From Myxococcota bacterium (GTDB lineage: Bacteria; Myxococcota_A; Polyangia; Nannocystales; Nannocystaceae), in contig JBCCHT010000068.1 in assembly GCA_039028615.1 (NCBI GenBank), forward strand, positions 1 through 40,300: a stretch of 40,300 bases of DNA, in the 5' to 3' direction. This document shows, piece after piece, positions 29,342-40,300 of the stretch. The position numbers were made by a program, and so were the translations under genes. The notes below the pieces were generated by a model. That model made no database searches, was not told the DNA's origin, and saw only the letters and a program-made list of their open reading frames with translations. Positions within the stretch are counted from its first letter, which is position 1; each line of letters opens with the position of its first letter.

Positions 29342-29905
29342 ATGCCGTACACGATCTTGCTCGTCGACGATGACCGGACCTTCTGCGCGGCCCTGGCCGG
29401 AGCGCTGCGCCGCCGCGGGCACCAGGTCTTGTTGGCCCACGACTACGACGACGCCGTGTCCGAGGCCAAGGCATGGAGCCCCGACCGCGCCGTCATCGAC
29501 CTGCGCATGCCCGGCCGAGGCGGGCTAGAGGTCGTCCAGACCCTGCACGAGGCCCTGCCCGAGCTGCGCATGGTCGTGCTCACCGGCTACGGCAGCATCG
29601 CCAGCGCGGTCGAGGCGATCAAGGCCGGCGCGGTGCACTACCTGACCAAGCCCGCCGACGCCGACGAGATTCTCAGCGCCTTCGATCGCACCGAGGCCAA
29701 CATGGAAGCCTCGGCCGAGCTGCCGCCGCAGCGGCTCGAGGAGGTCGAGTGGGAGCACCTGCAAAAGGTCCTCACCGACGCCAAGGGCAACATCTCAGAG
29801 GCCGCCCGACGCCTGGGCATGCACCGCCGGAGCTTGCAGCGAAAGCTCGCGCGGGGCCGCCCCGGTCGTGATGGCAGCGACACGGACGGCGGCGAGAGCC
29901 CCTGA
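29342..29905 (+). CDS. regA: RegA/PrrA/ActR-like response regulator
   Basis: LLVDDD, DLRMP, LTGYGSIASAVEAIK, EWEHLQKVL and NISEAARRLGMHRRSLQRKL motifs. Confidence 0.92.
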   Translation: MPYTILLVDDDRTFCAALAGALRRRGHQVLLAHDYDDAVSEAKAWSPDRAVIDLRMPGRGGLEVVQTLHEALPELRMVVLTGYGSIASAVEAIKAGAVHYLTKPADADEILSAFDRTEANMEASAELPPQRLEEVEWEHLQKVLTDAKGNISEAARRLGMHRRSLQRKLARGRPGRDGSDTDGGESP

Positions 29906-30058
29906 CGCGCCCGGAGTCGCCATCCGCCGCCACCGCCGGGCATCACCCCGCGAGCGGATCGTGCGACCGAGCACATCGATGCGCACTGCTGGCTCACGCG
30001 TGATGAAACCTGGTTCAGAAACCGGCGACGAGCACGTAGGGTCCAAGCTCCAATCGCC

Positions 30059-32224
<2,166 letters not shown>

Positions 32225-32265
32225 TCGACGCGCCGCGGCGGGCGAGCTACGCTTTCGTGCTCGCC

Positions 32266-32640
32266 ATGCCCACGCCCCCGACGCCCGAAGAGCTGTCCCC
32301 CGCCCAGCGCAACGAGCTCCGCGCGCTGCTCGAGCAGCTCGCCACCGAGCTCGAGGACGCCATCGCGCGCAGTGCCGAAGAAGCCAAGCCGGTCGACCTC
32401 GACACGCCCATCGGGCGACTGTCGCGAATCGATGCCATCGCCCAGCGCGAGATTTCCCAGGCCGGGCGGCGCACTCAGGCCAAGCAGCTCGGCCAGGTCC
32501 GGGTCGCCCTCGAGGAGATCGACGACGAGGAGTTCGGGCTGTGCCGGTCGTGCGACGAGCCGATCGGCTTTCCGCGGCTCAAGGCACGGCCGTTTTCCAC
32601 CGTGTGCCTGCGCTGCCAGGCCGCCCGCGAGGCTCGCTAG
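32266..32640 (+). CDS. TraR/DksA family C4 zinc-finger protein
   Basis: GRLSRIDA coiled-coil tip; FGLCRSCDEPI..RLKARP..VCLRCQ zinc finger. Confidence 0.88.
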   Translation: MPTPPTPEELSPAQRNELRALLEQLATELEDAIARSAEEAKPVDLDTPIGRLSRIDAIAQREISQAGRRTQAKQLGQVRVALEEIDDEEFGLCRSCDEPIGFPRLKARPFSTVCLRCQAAREAR

Positions 32641-32896
32641 CCGCCGCGGCCCGCTCGGGCACGAAGCCGCGGTTGCGATCGACAAGCGTCGACGCTTCCG
32701 CGAGCGACGGCGAGTGGCCAGCCGCAAGCCGTCGTCGTGGTGCGTCGTGCCCTCGTGGTCCCAGCGATTCGGCTGGCCATGACGTGATGCGTCGCGTCGC
32801 GTGTCCGAGCCGGACGGGGAGCAGTTCGGACGAGGAGGGCCGCAGGGGCCCCCGCGGCCGCAAGCGGCGTCACCAACGCCATCGGCCCACGGGTCG

Positions 32897-32995
32897 TTAA
32901 TGATCGTTGTTTTCGATAGCTATGAACTGAAAACGAAATACAACATTCAATCGCGATAATGTATTAAAGAAAACGAATATCAATTTCATTGACAT
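32897..32995 (+). promoter_or_regulatory. AT-rich regulatory island with Fur-box-like repeats
   Basis: GAAAACGAA direct repeats at 32929 and 32969, plus an inverted related copy at 32901-32914. AGAAAACGAATATCA matches 10/14 of TGATAATnATTATCA. Precedes iron-uptake-type genes. Confidence 0.65.
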
Positions 32996-33042
32996 TCAAC
33001 GTACGCAGTGCGAAGCGACCACGTCAACGAACGAGGACACCT

Positions 33043-34527
33043 ATGCGCACCTCCATTTACGTGACTGGATTGGCCGCGGCTCTGACCCTGACGGCCTGCA
33101 ACAACGACGACGGCGGAAGCCAAGCCGACGGCACTTCGACCGGCTCGGACGAGACCGGAGACGAGACGGCCGGCGACGAGACGGCCGGCGACGAGACCGA
33201 AGGCTCTCCCGCCGATCCCCCCGACATCTACGAGTTCGAAAGCCGCTTCGTCGAAGATGCGAGCAGCGTCTCGCACGGTGGCCAGACGACCCGGCACTTG
33301 CTGATCCAAGAGCTCAAGGACTTCATCGGCGATCTCGACGACACGATGTACGTCGGCTCCGCAGCGGGCGACGTCGTGGCCGATCTCAACTTCTGGTACG
33401 ACTTCAAGAACAACGGCGGCGAGGCGGGTGAGCCCATCACCTTCGGCCTCGAAGGCGCCACCCTCATGCAGACCACCTTCGGTGAGGTCGGCAGCGTGGC
33501 CAGCGTCAAGGACAAGATGGCCGACATCGAGTCGGTGGCGGGCTGGGAAGGCGGCGTCGCCGGTTGGGGCGATGGCACCACGACCCCCAGCGCCCTCATC
33601 GATCAGTGGTTCCTCGAGCTCGAGACCCAGGTCTTGGCGCGAGCCAACGATGGCAACATCCCCACCAACCCCGACGGCCAGGACATCGCGGAGCCCTACG
33701 TCAGCGCCGATGGCCTCGACTACCAGCAGCTGATCCAGAAGTTCCTGCTCGGCGCGGTGGCCTTCTCGCAAGCCGCCGACAAGTACATGGACGACGACGC
33801 CGACGGCCATGGCCTGCTCTCGGACAACACCGAGGCGTCCGAGGACAAGCCGTACTCGGCGCTCGAGCACGACTGGGACGAGGGCTACGGCTACTTCGGC
33901 GGCGCCCGTGACTACATCAACTACAGCGACGACGACCTCGCCGATGTCGGCTACTTCGACACCAACGGCGACGGCATGATCGACCTGGGCAAGGAGATCA
34001 ACTGGGGCGCCTCGGTCAACGCGGGCAAGCGCGACCGCGGGGCCAACGTCGGCACCGACTTCACCAAGGAGGCCTTCGACGCCTTCCTCGCTGGCCGTCA
34101 CCTCATCGCGACCTCGGGCGGAGCCCTGAGCGACGAGCAGATGACGGAGCTGCAGGGCTACCGCGACGCCGCGCTGCTGGCGTGGGAAAAGGCCATCGCC
34201 GCCACCGTGGTGCACTACATCAACGACACCTTGCAGGACATGGGTGCGGCCGGCACGGACGACTACTCCTTTGCCGACCACGCGAAGCACTTCTCCGAGA
34301 TGAAGGGTTTCGCGCTCAGCCTCCAGTTCAACAAGAACCACTCGCCGCTGTCGGGCGCGGACTATGGCGCCCTGCACGAGGCCATCCGTGACCGTCCGGT
34401 GCTCCCCGGCAGCGACGAGGTCGACGCCTACCGGGCCGACCTCAACGCGGCCAAGACCATTTTGCAGGACGCCTACGGCTTCGATGCACAGAACATGGGC
34501 GATGCCGATGGTAACGACGGCTGGTGA
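33043..34527 (+). CDS. DUF4856-like lipoprotein (iron-uptake associated)
   Basis: GAGGA RBS; lipobox LTAC; GLDYQQLIQKFLLGAV, LEHDWDEGYGYFG, HYIND and KHFSEMKGFAL motifs. Confidence 0.8.
   Translation: MRTSIYVTGLAAALTLTACNNDDGGSQADGTSTGSDETGDETAGDETAGDETEGSPADPPDIYEFESRFVEDASSVSHGGQTTRHLLIQELKDFIGDLDDTMYVGSAAGDVVADLNFWYDFKNNGGEAGEPITFGLEGATLMQTTFGEVGSVASVKDKMADIESVAGWEGGVAGWGDGTTTPSALIDQWFLELETQVLARANDGNIPTNPDGQDIAEPYVSADGLDYQQLIQKFLLGAVAFSQAADKYMDDDADGHGLLSDNTEASEDKPYSALEHDWDEGYGYFGGARDYINYSDDDLADVGYFDTNGDGMIDLGKEINWGASVNAGKRDRGANVGTDFTKEAFDAFLAGRHLIATSGGALSDEQMTELQGYRDAALLAWEKAIAATVVHYINDTLQDMGAAGTDDYSFADHAKHFSEMKGFALSLQFNKNHSPLSGADYGALHEAIRDRPVLPGSDEVDAYRADLNAAKTILQDAYGFDAQNMGDADGNDGW
33148..33198 (+). 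repeat. Intragenic tandem repeat (GACGAGACGGCCGGC unit; DETAG linker)
   Basis: Two exact 15-bp copies flanked by partial copies. Confidence 0.8.
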
Positions 34528-35740
34528 GCCGACGCCGACCAGAGCCCACCGCTGGTGGGCTCTGGGCCTGTGCACGGTGGCGTTGCTCGGGAAGGGCTGC
34601 AAAGAGTCCGACTCCATGGGGTCGACCGATCCCGGCGAGTTCGACCACGCGGCGATGCTCGAGAACCTGAGCACCAACGTCATCCAGCCCGCCCACGACG
34701 AGTTCCTGAGCGCGGCCGACGAGCTGGTCGCCGCCGTCACGGCGTGGCAGGCCTCGCCCTCGGGGGACACCCTCGAGACCGCACGCCAGGCCTGGCGCAA
34801 CGCCATGCGCGTCTGGTCCCGGGTCGAGGTCATGCAGATCGGTCCCGCCGCGGGTCCGTCGGCTCCGGGTGCGGAGTCTCTGCGCGACGAGATCTACTCC
34901 TGGGCCACAGTGAGCGCCTGCTCCGTGGATCAGCAGGTCGTGTCGGGCAGCTACACGGATCCCGACTTCATCGACAACAAGCTGGTCAATGTCTACGGGC
35001 TCGACGCCCTCGAGTACCTGCTCTTTTACGAGGACACCGACAACCAGTGCCCCTCGGCCTCGTCGATCAATCGCGACGGTCTGTGGGACGAGCTCGATGC
35101 CGACACCGTCACCGAGCGACGCGCGGCCTATGCCGTGGTCGTGGCCGAGGGCGTCGCCACCCGAGCCCAGACCCTGGCCGATCGATGGGACCCCGACGGG
35201 GGTGACTTCGGAGGCCTGTTGGCCACCGCAGGCACCAACGACGACTCGGTCTACGAGAACGTGGGCCAAGCGGTCGATGCCGTGTACGCAGGGATGTTCT
35301 ACGTGGACACCCAGGTCAAGGACGCCAAGCTCGGGCGCACGAGCGGGCGTTGGAGCGAATGCGCCAACGAAGAGTGCGGACCGCAGTTCGTCGAGTCGGC
35401 GTGGGCCCAGCACTCGCTGGAGAACGTCGTCGGTAACCTGGAGGGGCTTCAGCTGCTCTACCACGGGGGCGCCCCCGAGGGCGACGGCGTGGGCTTCGAC
35501 GACTTCCTTCGCGCCAAGGAGGCCGACTCGCTCGCCACCCAGATCGGTGACGCGATCGCACAGGCCCTCACCGTGGCCGAGGGCACCTCGGCTCCGCTGG
35601 TCGACACCCTGTCCGACGACCTCGCTCAGGTCGAGGGGCTCTACGACGCCGTCAAGGCGATCACCGATCCTCTCAAGAACGAGTTCGTCATCGTCCTGCA
35701 GGTCACCATCCCCAGCGTGGGCAAGGGCGACACCGACTAG
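34508..35740 (+). CDS. Imelysin (peptidase M75/EfeO-like) family lipoprotein
   Basis: ARQAWRNA...QIGP, YGLDALEYLLF, VES.WA..S and C-terminal GDTD motifs; lipobox GKGC. Start uncertain. Confidence 0.8.
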   Translation: MVTTAGEPTPTRAHRWWALGLCTVALLGKGCKESDSMGSTDPGEFDHAAMLENLSTNVIQPAHDEFLSAADELVAAVTAWQASPSGDTLETARQAWRNAMRVWSRVEVMQIGPAAGPSAPGAESLRDEIYSWATVSACSVDQQVVSGSYTDPDFIDNKLVNVYGLDALEYLLFYEDTDNQCPSASSINRDGLWDELDADTVTERRAAYAVVVAEGVATRAQTLADRWDPDGGDFGGLLATAGTNDDSVYENVGQAVDAVYAGMFYVDTQVKDAKLGRTSGRWSECANEECGPQFVESAWAQHSLENVVGNLEGLQLLYHGGAPEGDGVGFDDFLRAKEADSLATQIGDAIAQALTVAEGTSAPLVDTLSDDLAQVEGLYDAVKAITDPLKNEFVIVLQVTIPSVGKGDTD

Positions 35741-35741
35741 C

Positions 35742-36716
35742 ATGGAGACCGTAGTCGATGCAGTGGTGGCTCCGCTCGAGTACTTTCTCGAGCCGGACCG
35801 TCGCATCTACTACGGCTTCTTGCTCAGCGCCGCCGTGTTGGCGCTGTGGGTTCATGGGTCGGGGCGCCGTGGTCTTCGCGGCGCCCTGACGTCGCTGGTG
35901 CCGTGGCGCCAGTGGTGCAGCGCGTCGTCCGGTCTCGACGTGCAGCTGTGGCTGGGAAACGCGGTGGTGCGGGCGCTGCTGCTCACGCCGCTGCTCGTAT
36001 CGAGCATGACCGTGCTGCTCGCCGTCGCGGGCACGCTCGTCGATTGGTTCGGTCCCCCCTCCCCCAGCGCGTGGCCCCGCTTCGCGGTCGTCACCGCGTA
36101 CACGGTGGCGCTGTTCGTCGCCGACGACCTGACTCGATATCTGGTGCACCGAGCCATGCACCGCATCCCCGCGCTGTGGTCCATTCACCGGGTGCACCAC
36201 TCGGCCGAGGTCCTGACCCCGCTGACGCTGTACCGGGTCCACCCGCTGGAGTCGCTCCTCATGGGGCTGCGCTCCGCGTTGACCCTGGGGACGGTCAGCG
36301 CGCTGTTCTATTACGCGTTCCCCGGTCGCATCGCGCAGTGGGAGATCGTCGGCGTCAACGCGATCAACGTGGTGTTTTCGGCGCTCGGCTCCAACCTGCG
36401 CCACAGCCACGTGTGGCTGTCCTTCGGCCCTCGGCTCGAGCGATGGTTCATCAGCCCGGCGCAGCACCAAGTGCACCACAGCTCGGCGCCGCAACACTTC
36501 GACACCAACTTTGGCGCCTTCTTGGCGGTCTGGGATCGTCTCGGTGACACGCTGCGTACGACGCATCGTCGACCGGGCCCAACGACGGCCCCGCTCCGCT
36601 TCGGCCTCGGCTCCGACAAGCCGCATCGCGACCACTTGTTGTCGGCCTACGCCGCCCCCCTCGTCGACGCCTTCCGCTGGTGGCTCGCGTACCGCAGCTC
36701 TCGCCGCATGCGATGA
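35742..36716 (+). CDS. Sterol desaturase / fatty acid hydroxylase family membrane protein
   Basis: His boxes HRAMH, HRVHHS, LRHSH and HQVHHS; NFG..L..WDRLG. Confidence 0.9.
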   Translation: METVVDAVVAPLEYFLEPDRRIYYGFLLSAAVLALWVHGSGRRGLRGALTSLVPWRQWCSASSGLDVQLWLGNAVVRALLLTPLLVSSMTVLLAVAGTLVDWFGPPSPSAWPRFAVVTAYTVALFVADDLTRYLVHRAMHRIPALWSIHRVHHSAEVLTPLTLYRVHPLESLLMGLRSALTLGTVSALFYYAFPGRIAQWEIVGVNAINVVFSALGSNLRHSHVWLSFGPRLERWFISPAQHQVHHSSAPQHFDTNFGAFLAVWDRLGDTLRTTHRRPGPTTAPLRFGLGSDKPHRDHLLSAYAAPLVDAFRWWLAYRSSRRMR

Positions 36717-36800
36717 CCGATCCAGGGTCCCGGACGCCACGGTAGGCCCCGCCCCCCCGCACCCGGTGGACCGGGGGAGCCCGCACGCTATCCTGCCGCG

Positions 36801-37337
36801 GTGCGCCTGTTCGTCGGCCTCGATCTACCGTCCTCGGTCAACGACCACCTCTCGCTCGTCAGCGGCGGCATCCCACGCGCGCGCTGGCAGACCGCGGAGC
36901 AACGCCACCTCACCCTGCGCTTCATCGGCGAGGTCGACGGGGGCACCCAGCGGGCCATCGTCGAGGCGCTGCAGACGGTGAGGCAGCCGCGCTTCACCAT
37001 GAACCTCGCGGGCATCGGACACTTCCCGCCCCGCGGTGAACCCCGTAGCGTGTGGGCGGGCGTCGAGCCTCCCGAGCCCCTGCACGAGCTCGCCGGGAAG
37101 ATCGAGCAGACCCTGCGCACCATCGGCCTCGAGCCCGATAGCCGCAACTTCGCCCCGCACGTGACCCTGGCCCGCCTGCGCGGTGCCCCCAAGACGAAGG
37201 TCATCGAGTTCCTGCAAAACCAGGCGCTGCTGCGTACGCAGAGCTTCGAGGTGGACGCGTTCCTGCTCTACTCGAGCATCCTGTCGCCCCGCGGCTCGAA
37301 ATACACGGTCGAAGAGACCTTCGCGCTCGACGACTGA
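36801..37337 (+). CDS. thpR: RNA 2',3'-cyclic phosphodiesterase (2H phosphoesterase)
   Basis: Starts MRLFVG; two HxT motifs (HLTLRFIG, PHVTLAR). Confidence 0.93.
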   Translation: MRLFVGLDLPSSVNDHLSLVSGGIPRARWQTAEQRHLTLRFIGEVDGGTQRAIVEALQTVRQPRFTMNLAGIGHFPPRGEPRSVWAGVEPPEPLHELAGKIEQTLRTIGLEPDSRNFAPHVTLARLRGAPKTKVIEFLQNQALLRTQSFEVDAFLLYSSILSPRGSKYTVEETFALDD

Positions 37338-37384
37338 TCCGCCGGCGGCGAGCCGAGGGCCCTGCGAGGCACGCGCCGCTGCGC

Positions 37385-37414
37385 TTGCGCCAAAAGTAAA
37401 TCCAATTTACTTTT
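37385..37414 (+). promoter_or_regulatory. Sigma70-like promoter overlapped by a TetR-type operator
   Basis: TTGCGC-17 nt-TACTTT. Perfect inverted repeat AAAAGTAAAT-CCA-ATTTACTTTT at 37392-37414. Confidence 0.78.
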
Positions 37415-37431
37415 AGATTCAACGGCACCAC

Positions 37432-38046
37432 ATGCCTACCGGACCCACCGATCGCGGCCGTCGTACTCGCGAACGCCTGCTCGAGGCAGCCGTGCAGGAG
37501 CTCGTCGCGAGCGATGGCGCCATGGACCTGGCCGCCGTGGCCGCTCGGGCCGAGGTCTCGCCGGGCGCTCCCTATCGGCACTTCTCGTCCAAGAGCGACC
37601 TGCTGGTCGCGGTGGTCGATGCCTTCTACGACGAGTGGGAAGAGGTCTCTTACCACCCCACCTTCGAGGAGTTCTCGCCGAACTGGTGGGTCCGCGAGCA
37701 GGAACGCATCCGTCGCACGGTGGAGTTCGCCTATCGCCATCCCCTGGGTGCGCTGATGCAGCAGCGGCTGCTCGCCGACGCCCAAGCCCTGAGGCAGCAG
37801 CGCGCCCGCACCGATCGCCAAGTCCGAGGCGCGGTCAAGAACGTCAGGCGCGGCCAAGCCCTGGGCTACGTACCCGAATCCATCGACGCCGAGCTGTGCG
37901 GCGCCCTGCTGATGGGCGGCGTCGGCCAGAGCCTGCACAGCGCGTTGGCCCGCAAGCGGAAGATGCCGCGCGCCCGCGTGGTGCGGGAGCTTCAGAGCTT
38001 CATGCAGCGCGTCCTGAGCATCGAAGAACCGGAGGGAGAGTCATGA
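37432..38046 (+). CDS. TetR/AcrR family transcriptional regulator
   Basis: N-terminal HTH: RERLLEAA...VAARAEVSPGAPYRHFSSKSDLL. Confidence 0.93.
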   Translation: MPTGPTDRGRRTRERLLEAAVQELVASDGAMDLAAVAARAEVSPGAPYRHFSSKSDLLVAVVDAFYDEWEEVSYHPTFEEFSPNWWVREQERIRRTVEFAYRHPLGALMQQRLLADAQALRQQRARTDRQVRGAVKNVRRGQALGYVPESIDAELCGALLMGGVGQSLHSALARKRKMPRARVVRELQSFMQRVLSIEEPEGES

Positions 38047-39179
38047 AGCGAGACACGGAGCTCGAGCTGCTGGACGCATCGATTGCCCTGGTGCGAGACA
38101 AACGACGGCCGCTGGATGGCGAGGAGACCCAGGTCCCCACCTCCGACTACGTCGACCCCGAGCACTTCGAACGCGAGCGCAGCCGCATCCACCGTCGCGG
38201 GCTCAACGTGGTGACGCTGTCGTCGGCCATCGCGAACCCCGGGGACTTCGTCACTGCGGACGTGATGGGCACGCCCACCCTCATCGCCCGCGGTGACGAT
38301 GGCCAGCTGCGTGCCTTCTTCAACGTGTGTCGCCACCGGGGCGCCACCATCGAGCTGCGCGAGCAAGGCCACTGCAAGCGCTTCGTGTGTCCCTATCACG
38401 CGTGGACCTACGACCTCGACGGCAGCCTCCATCGCGTGCGCCACCCGGAGGGCTTCCCCACCCTACGAACGCAGGACCACGGGTTGGTGGAGCTGGCCTG
38501 CACCGAAGCCGCGGGACTGGTGTTCGTCTGCCCGACGCCGGGTCTGTCGCCCGACCCCCTGCCCGCGGCGCTGGTCGAGGAGCTCGAGGTGGTGATCGGC
38601 GAAAACCCCACCGTCTATGCATCGACCTCGAAGGTCTGGCACGCGAACTGGAAGCTGCTGGTCGAAGGCGGCATCGAGTCCTATCACTTCAAGGTCGCCC
38701 ATCGAAACACCATCGCGTCCTACTTCGCCGACACGGCGTCGACCTGGGAACGCATCGGGTCCCACATGCGCATGGTCTTGCCCAAGCAGTCGGTGCTGCA
38801 GCTGCAAGACCTGCCCCGCGAGCAATGGAACATCCGCGAACACACGCATGTGACCTACACGCTGCACCCCAACGCGACCATCCTGCTGCAGAAATCCCAC
38901 TTCGACCTCATCATCATGACCCCGCTGGCACCCGACGAGACACGGGTCGACGTGCTCACGGTGGGGCGCAAGTCCGGTGATGCCGAGCGCGACGCCAAAG
39001 CCAGGCAGTACCTGTCGCAGAACCACGCGTTCTCGGTCCTCACCCTCGACGAAGACTTCGCCATCGGCGAGCAGATCCAGCGAGGGCTCCGCACGGGGGC
39101 CAACACCCACTTCCGCTTCGGTCGCTTCGAGGGGGCGCTCAGCGACTGGCGGCAGCGGATGAACGCCCGGCTGAAGTGA
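38043..39179 (+). CDS. Rieske non-heme iron oxygenase alpha subunit
   Basis: ATGA overlap with tetR; NVCRHRG...CPYHAW Rieske motif; NWKL..EGGIESYH...AH and ED mononuclear iron ligands. Confidence 0.92.
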   Translation: MKRDTELELLDASIALVRDKRRPLDGEETQVPTSDYVDPEHFERERSRIHRRGLNVVTLSSAIANPGDFVTADVMGTPTLIARGDDGQLRAFFNVCRHRGATIELREQGHCKRFVCPYHAWTYDLDGSLHRVRHPEGFPTLRTQDHGLVELACTEAAGLVFVCPTPGLSPDPLPAALVEELEVVIGENPTVYASTSKVWHANWKLLVEGGIESYHFKVAHRNTIASYFADTASTWERIGSHMRMVLPKQSVLQLQDLPREQWNIREHTHVTYTLHPNATILLQKSHFDLIIMTPLAPDETRVDVLTVGRKSGDAERDAKARQYLSQNHAFSVLTLDEDFAIGEQIQRGLRTGANTHFRFGRFEGALSDWRQRMNARLK

Positions 39180-39183
39180 GCGG

Positions 39184-40152
39184 CTAGCCGCGACGCGCCG
39201 AGGCGGGCGGCACGAAGACCCAGCCGTCTTGCAGCCACGAGGTGCCGTAGTCGTCGATGGCCGCGTCGAGCTGCTCTTGCGTGGTGTTGACCGCGGTCGA
39301 GCCGTCCAGATCGAGCGGGCCGCGGTAGCCCTTGCGCGCCCACAAAAAGGCGGTGAAGGCACAGATCACGGCATGGAACATGTGCGAGTTGCGAACGACC
39401 AGCTCGGGCCAGACGTAGTCGAAGGCGATGCCCTCGACCAGCCCGGCGAGCACGTGCTTGCGCATGGCCCAGACCCGCGTGTCGTCGCCATGCCGCGCAC
39501 GCCGGGCCGTCTGCGGACCAAACACGCGATCGATGGTGGTGCGCGGCTCGACCTCGATGAGGTTTTCGTGCAGCCGCAGCTGCGGCGACAAGACCCGCCG
39601 CAGGTAGGCCGCCCGGGCGGCGAGCGGGCCCGTGCCCTGCCCCAGCGTCTCCCGGGGGCGAATGCCCACCGCCTGCTGAAAAATCTCGGTCGGCCGCTGG
39701 GTGTAGGGCGTGACCAGGGGCTTGCTGCGATCGCTGCGACGCCGTCGGTCGAGGCGAGGCGCCCAACGACGCATCCACTCCACCGCGGGCACGGTGCAGC
39801 GCTCGACGGTGGGACACGGCAGCGTGCAACGAATGCACGGGGGCAGGGTCAGCGGCGCATCCACGGCCACGACCGTGTGGTCGTCCGCCCAGCGCCGCAG
39901 GTAGGCGACGAGCACGTCGTCGCGAAACAACGAGTCGCCGGCCGGCTCGTCACGCACCAGGCCGGTGCCGCGCTGGCCATGACGAACCTTGGCCTCGGCA
40001 ATGCCCAGCCGCGGGCGACCGCGAGGGTCGCTGGTCAGCTCCAGGCGGGCGACCGCGGTGTTCTTGCCGCGGCCACCTCCCAGGTCGACACCGATGAAGC
40101 GACGGAAGCCGGTCCGGGGCTGCCCCGGATCCTGCGCTCGCGCCTCGCTCAT
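39184..40152 (-). CDS. DUF429-like protein (predicted RNase H-like nuclease)
   Basis: FIGVDLGG and [10 protein letters not shown] motifs, Cys cluster, LIEVEP. Confidence 0.72.
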   Translation of the reverse strand: MSEARAQDPGQPRTGFRRFIGVDLGGGRGKNTAVARLELTSDPRGRPRLGIAEAKVRHGQRGTGLVRDEPAGDSLFRDDVLVAYLRRWADDHTVVAVDAPLTLPPCIRCTLPCPTVERCTVPAVEWMRRWAPRLDRRRRSDRSKPLVTPYTQRPTEIFQQAVGIRPRETLGQGTGPLAARAAYLRRVLSPQLRLHENLIEVEPRTTIDRVFGPQTARRARHGDDTRVWAMRKHVLAGLVEGIAFDYVWPELVVRNSHMFHAVICAFTAFLWARKGYRGPLDLDGSTAVNTTQEQLDAAIDDYGTSWLQDGWVFVPPASARRG

Positions 40153-40300
40153 TCGGGCATCGGGGCAGGCTCGCCCGTGGGCACCTTCTCGCGAAGGAAC
40201 CGCAGATACGCGATCACCGAGGGCAGCTCCAGCGCGGGCAGAGCGTCGATGAGCTCCCGCGCCTGGCGACGCAGGGTCTCGGTCGGGGCCGCCCCCACCC
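40149..40300 (-). CDS. Hypothetical protein, C-terminal part (5' end outside window)
   Basis: Open frame ...[32 protein letters not shown]...MPE*; TGA overlaps the DUF429 ATG. Confidence 0.6.
   Translation of the reverse strand, partial: VGAAPTETLRRQARELIDALPALELPSVIAYLRFLREKVPTGEPAPMPE

Noticed and set aside
32637..32900. Small ORFs between dksA and the AT-rich island
   Set aside because: No RBS, motif or protein-like composition.

Overview
GC-rich bacterial chromosomal window, most likely from a myxobacterium (inferred from the Ser/Thr kinase-PEGA protein, Cys- and Ser/Thr-rich lipoproteins and DsbA type). It holds about 34 CDSs, and I found no rRNA, tRNA, CRISPR array or mobile element. 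In order: MoxR/DUF58/VWA operon; GT31/Fringe-like glycosyltransferase fused to an NPCBM-like domain; signal-less family-5 solute-binding protein; coupled mtaB - type III mod - shortened res - alpha/beta hydrolase run; DUF1835 and putP; lipoproteins and peptidases; DsbA-family lipoprotein; FGE-family protein; Ser/Thr kinase; S1 protein with RegB/RegA; prolyl oligopeptidase; DksA/TraR; Fur-box-like island with DUF4856-imelysin-desaturase; thpR; TetR with a Rieske oxygenase; DUF429. Highlights: (1) the DsbA gene, split in the ORF track, is very probably one selenoprotein (UxxC) with a SECIS hairpin in the E. coli fdhF register; (2) the type III Res keeps all helicase motifs but seems to lack its nuclease and is coupled to a serine hydrolase; (3) two structured non-coding candidates; (4) a recurrent leaderless-promoter architecture. 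All family calls come from motif recognition by eye, not from database searches.
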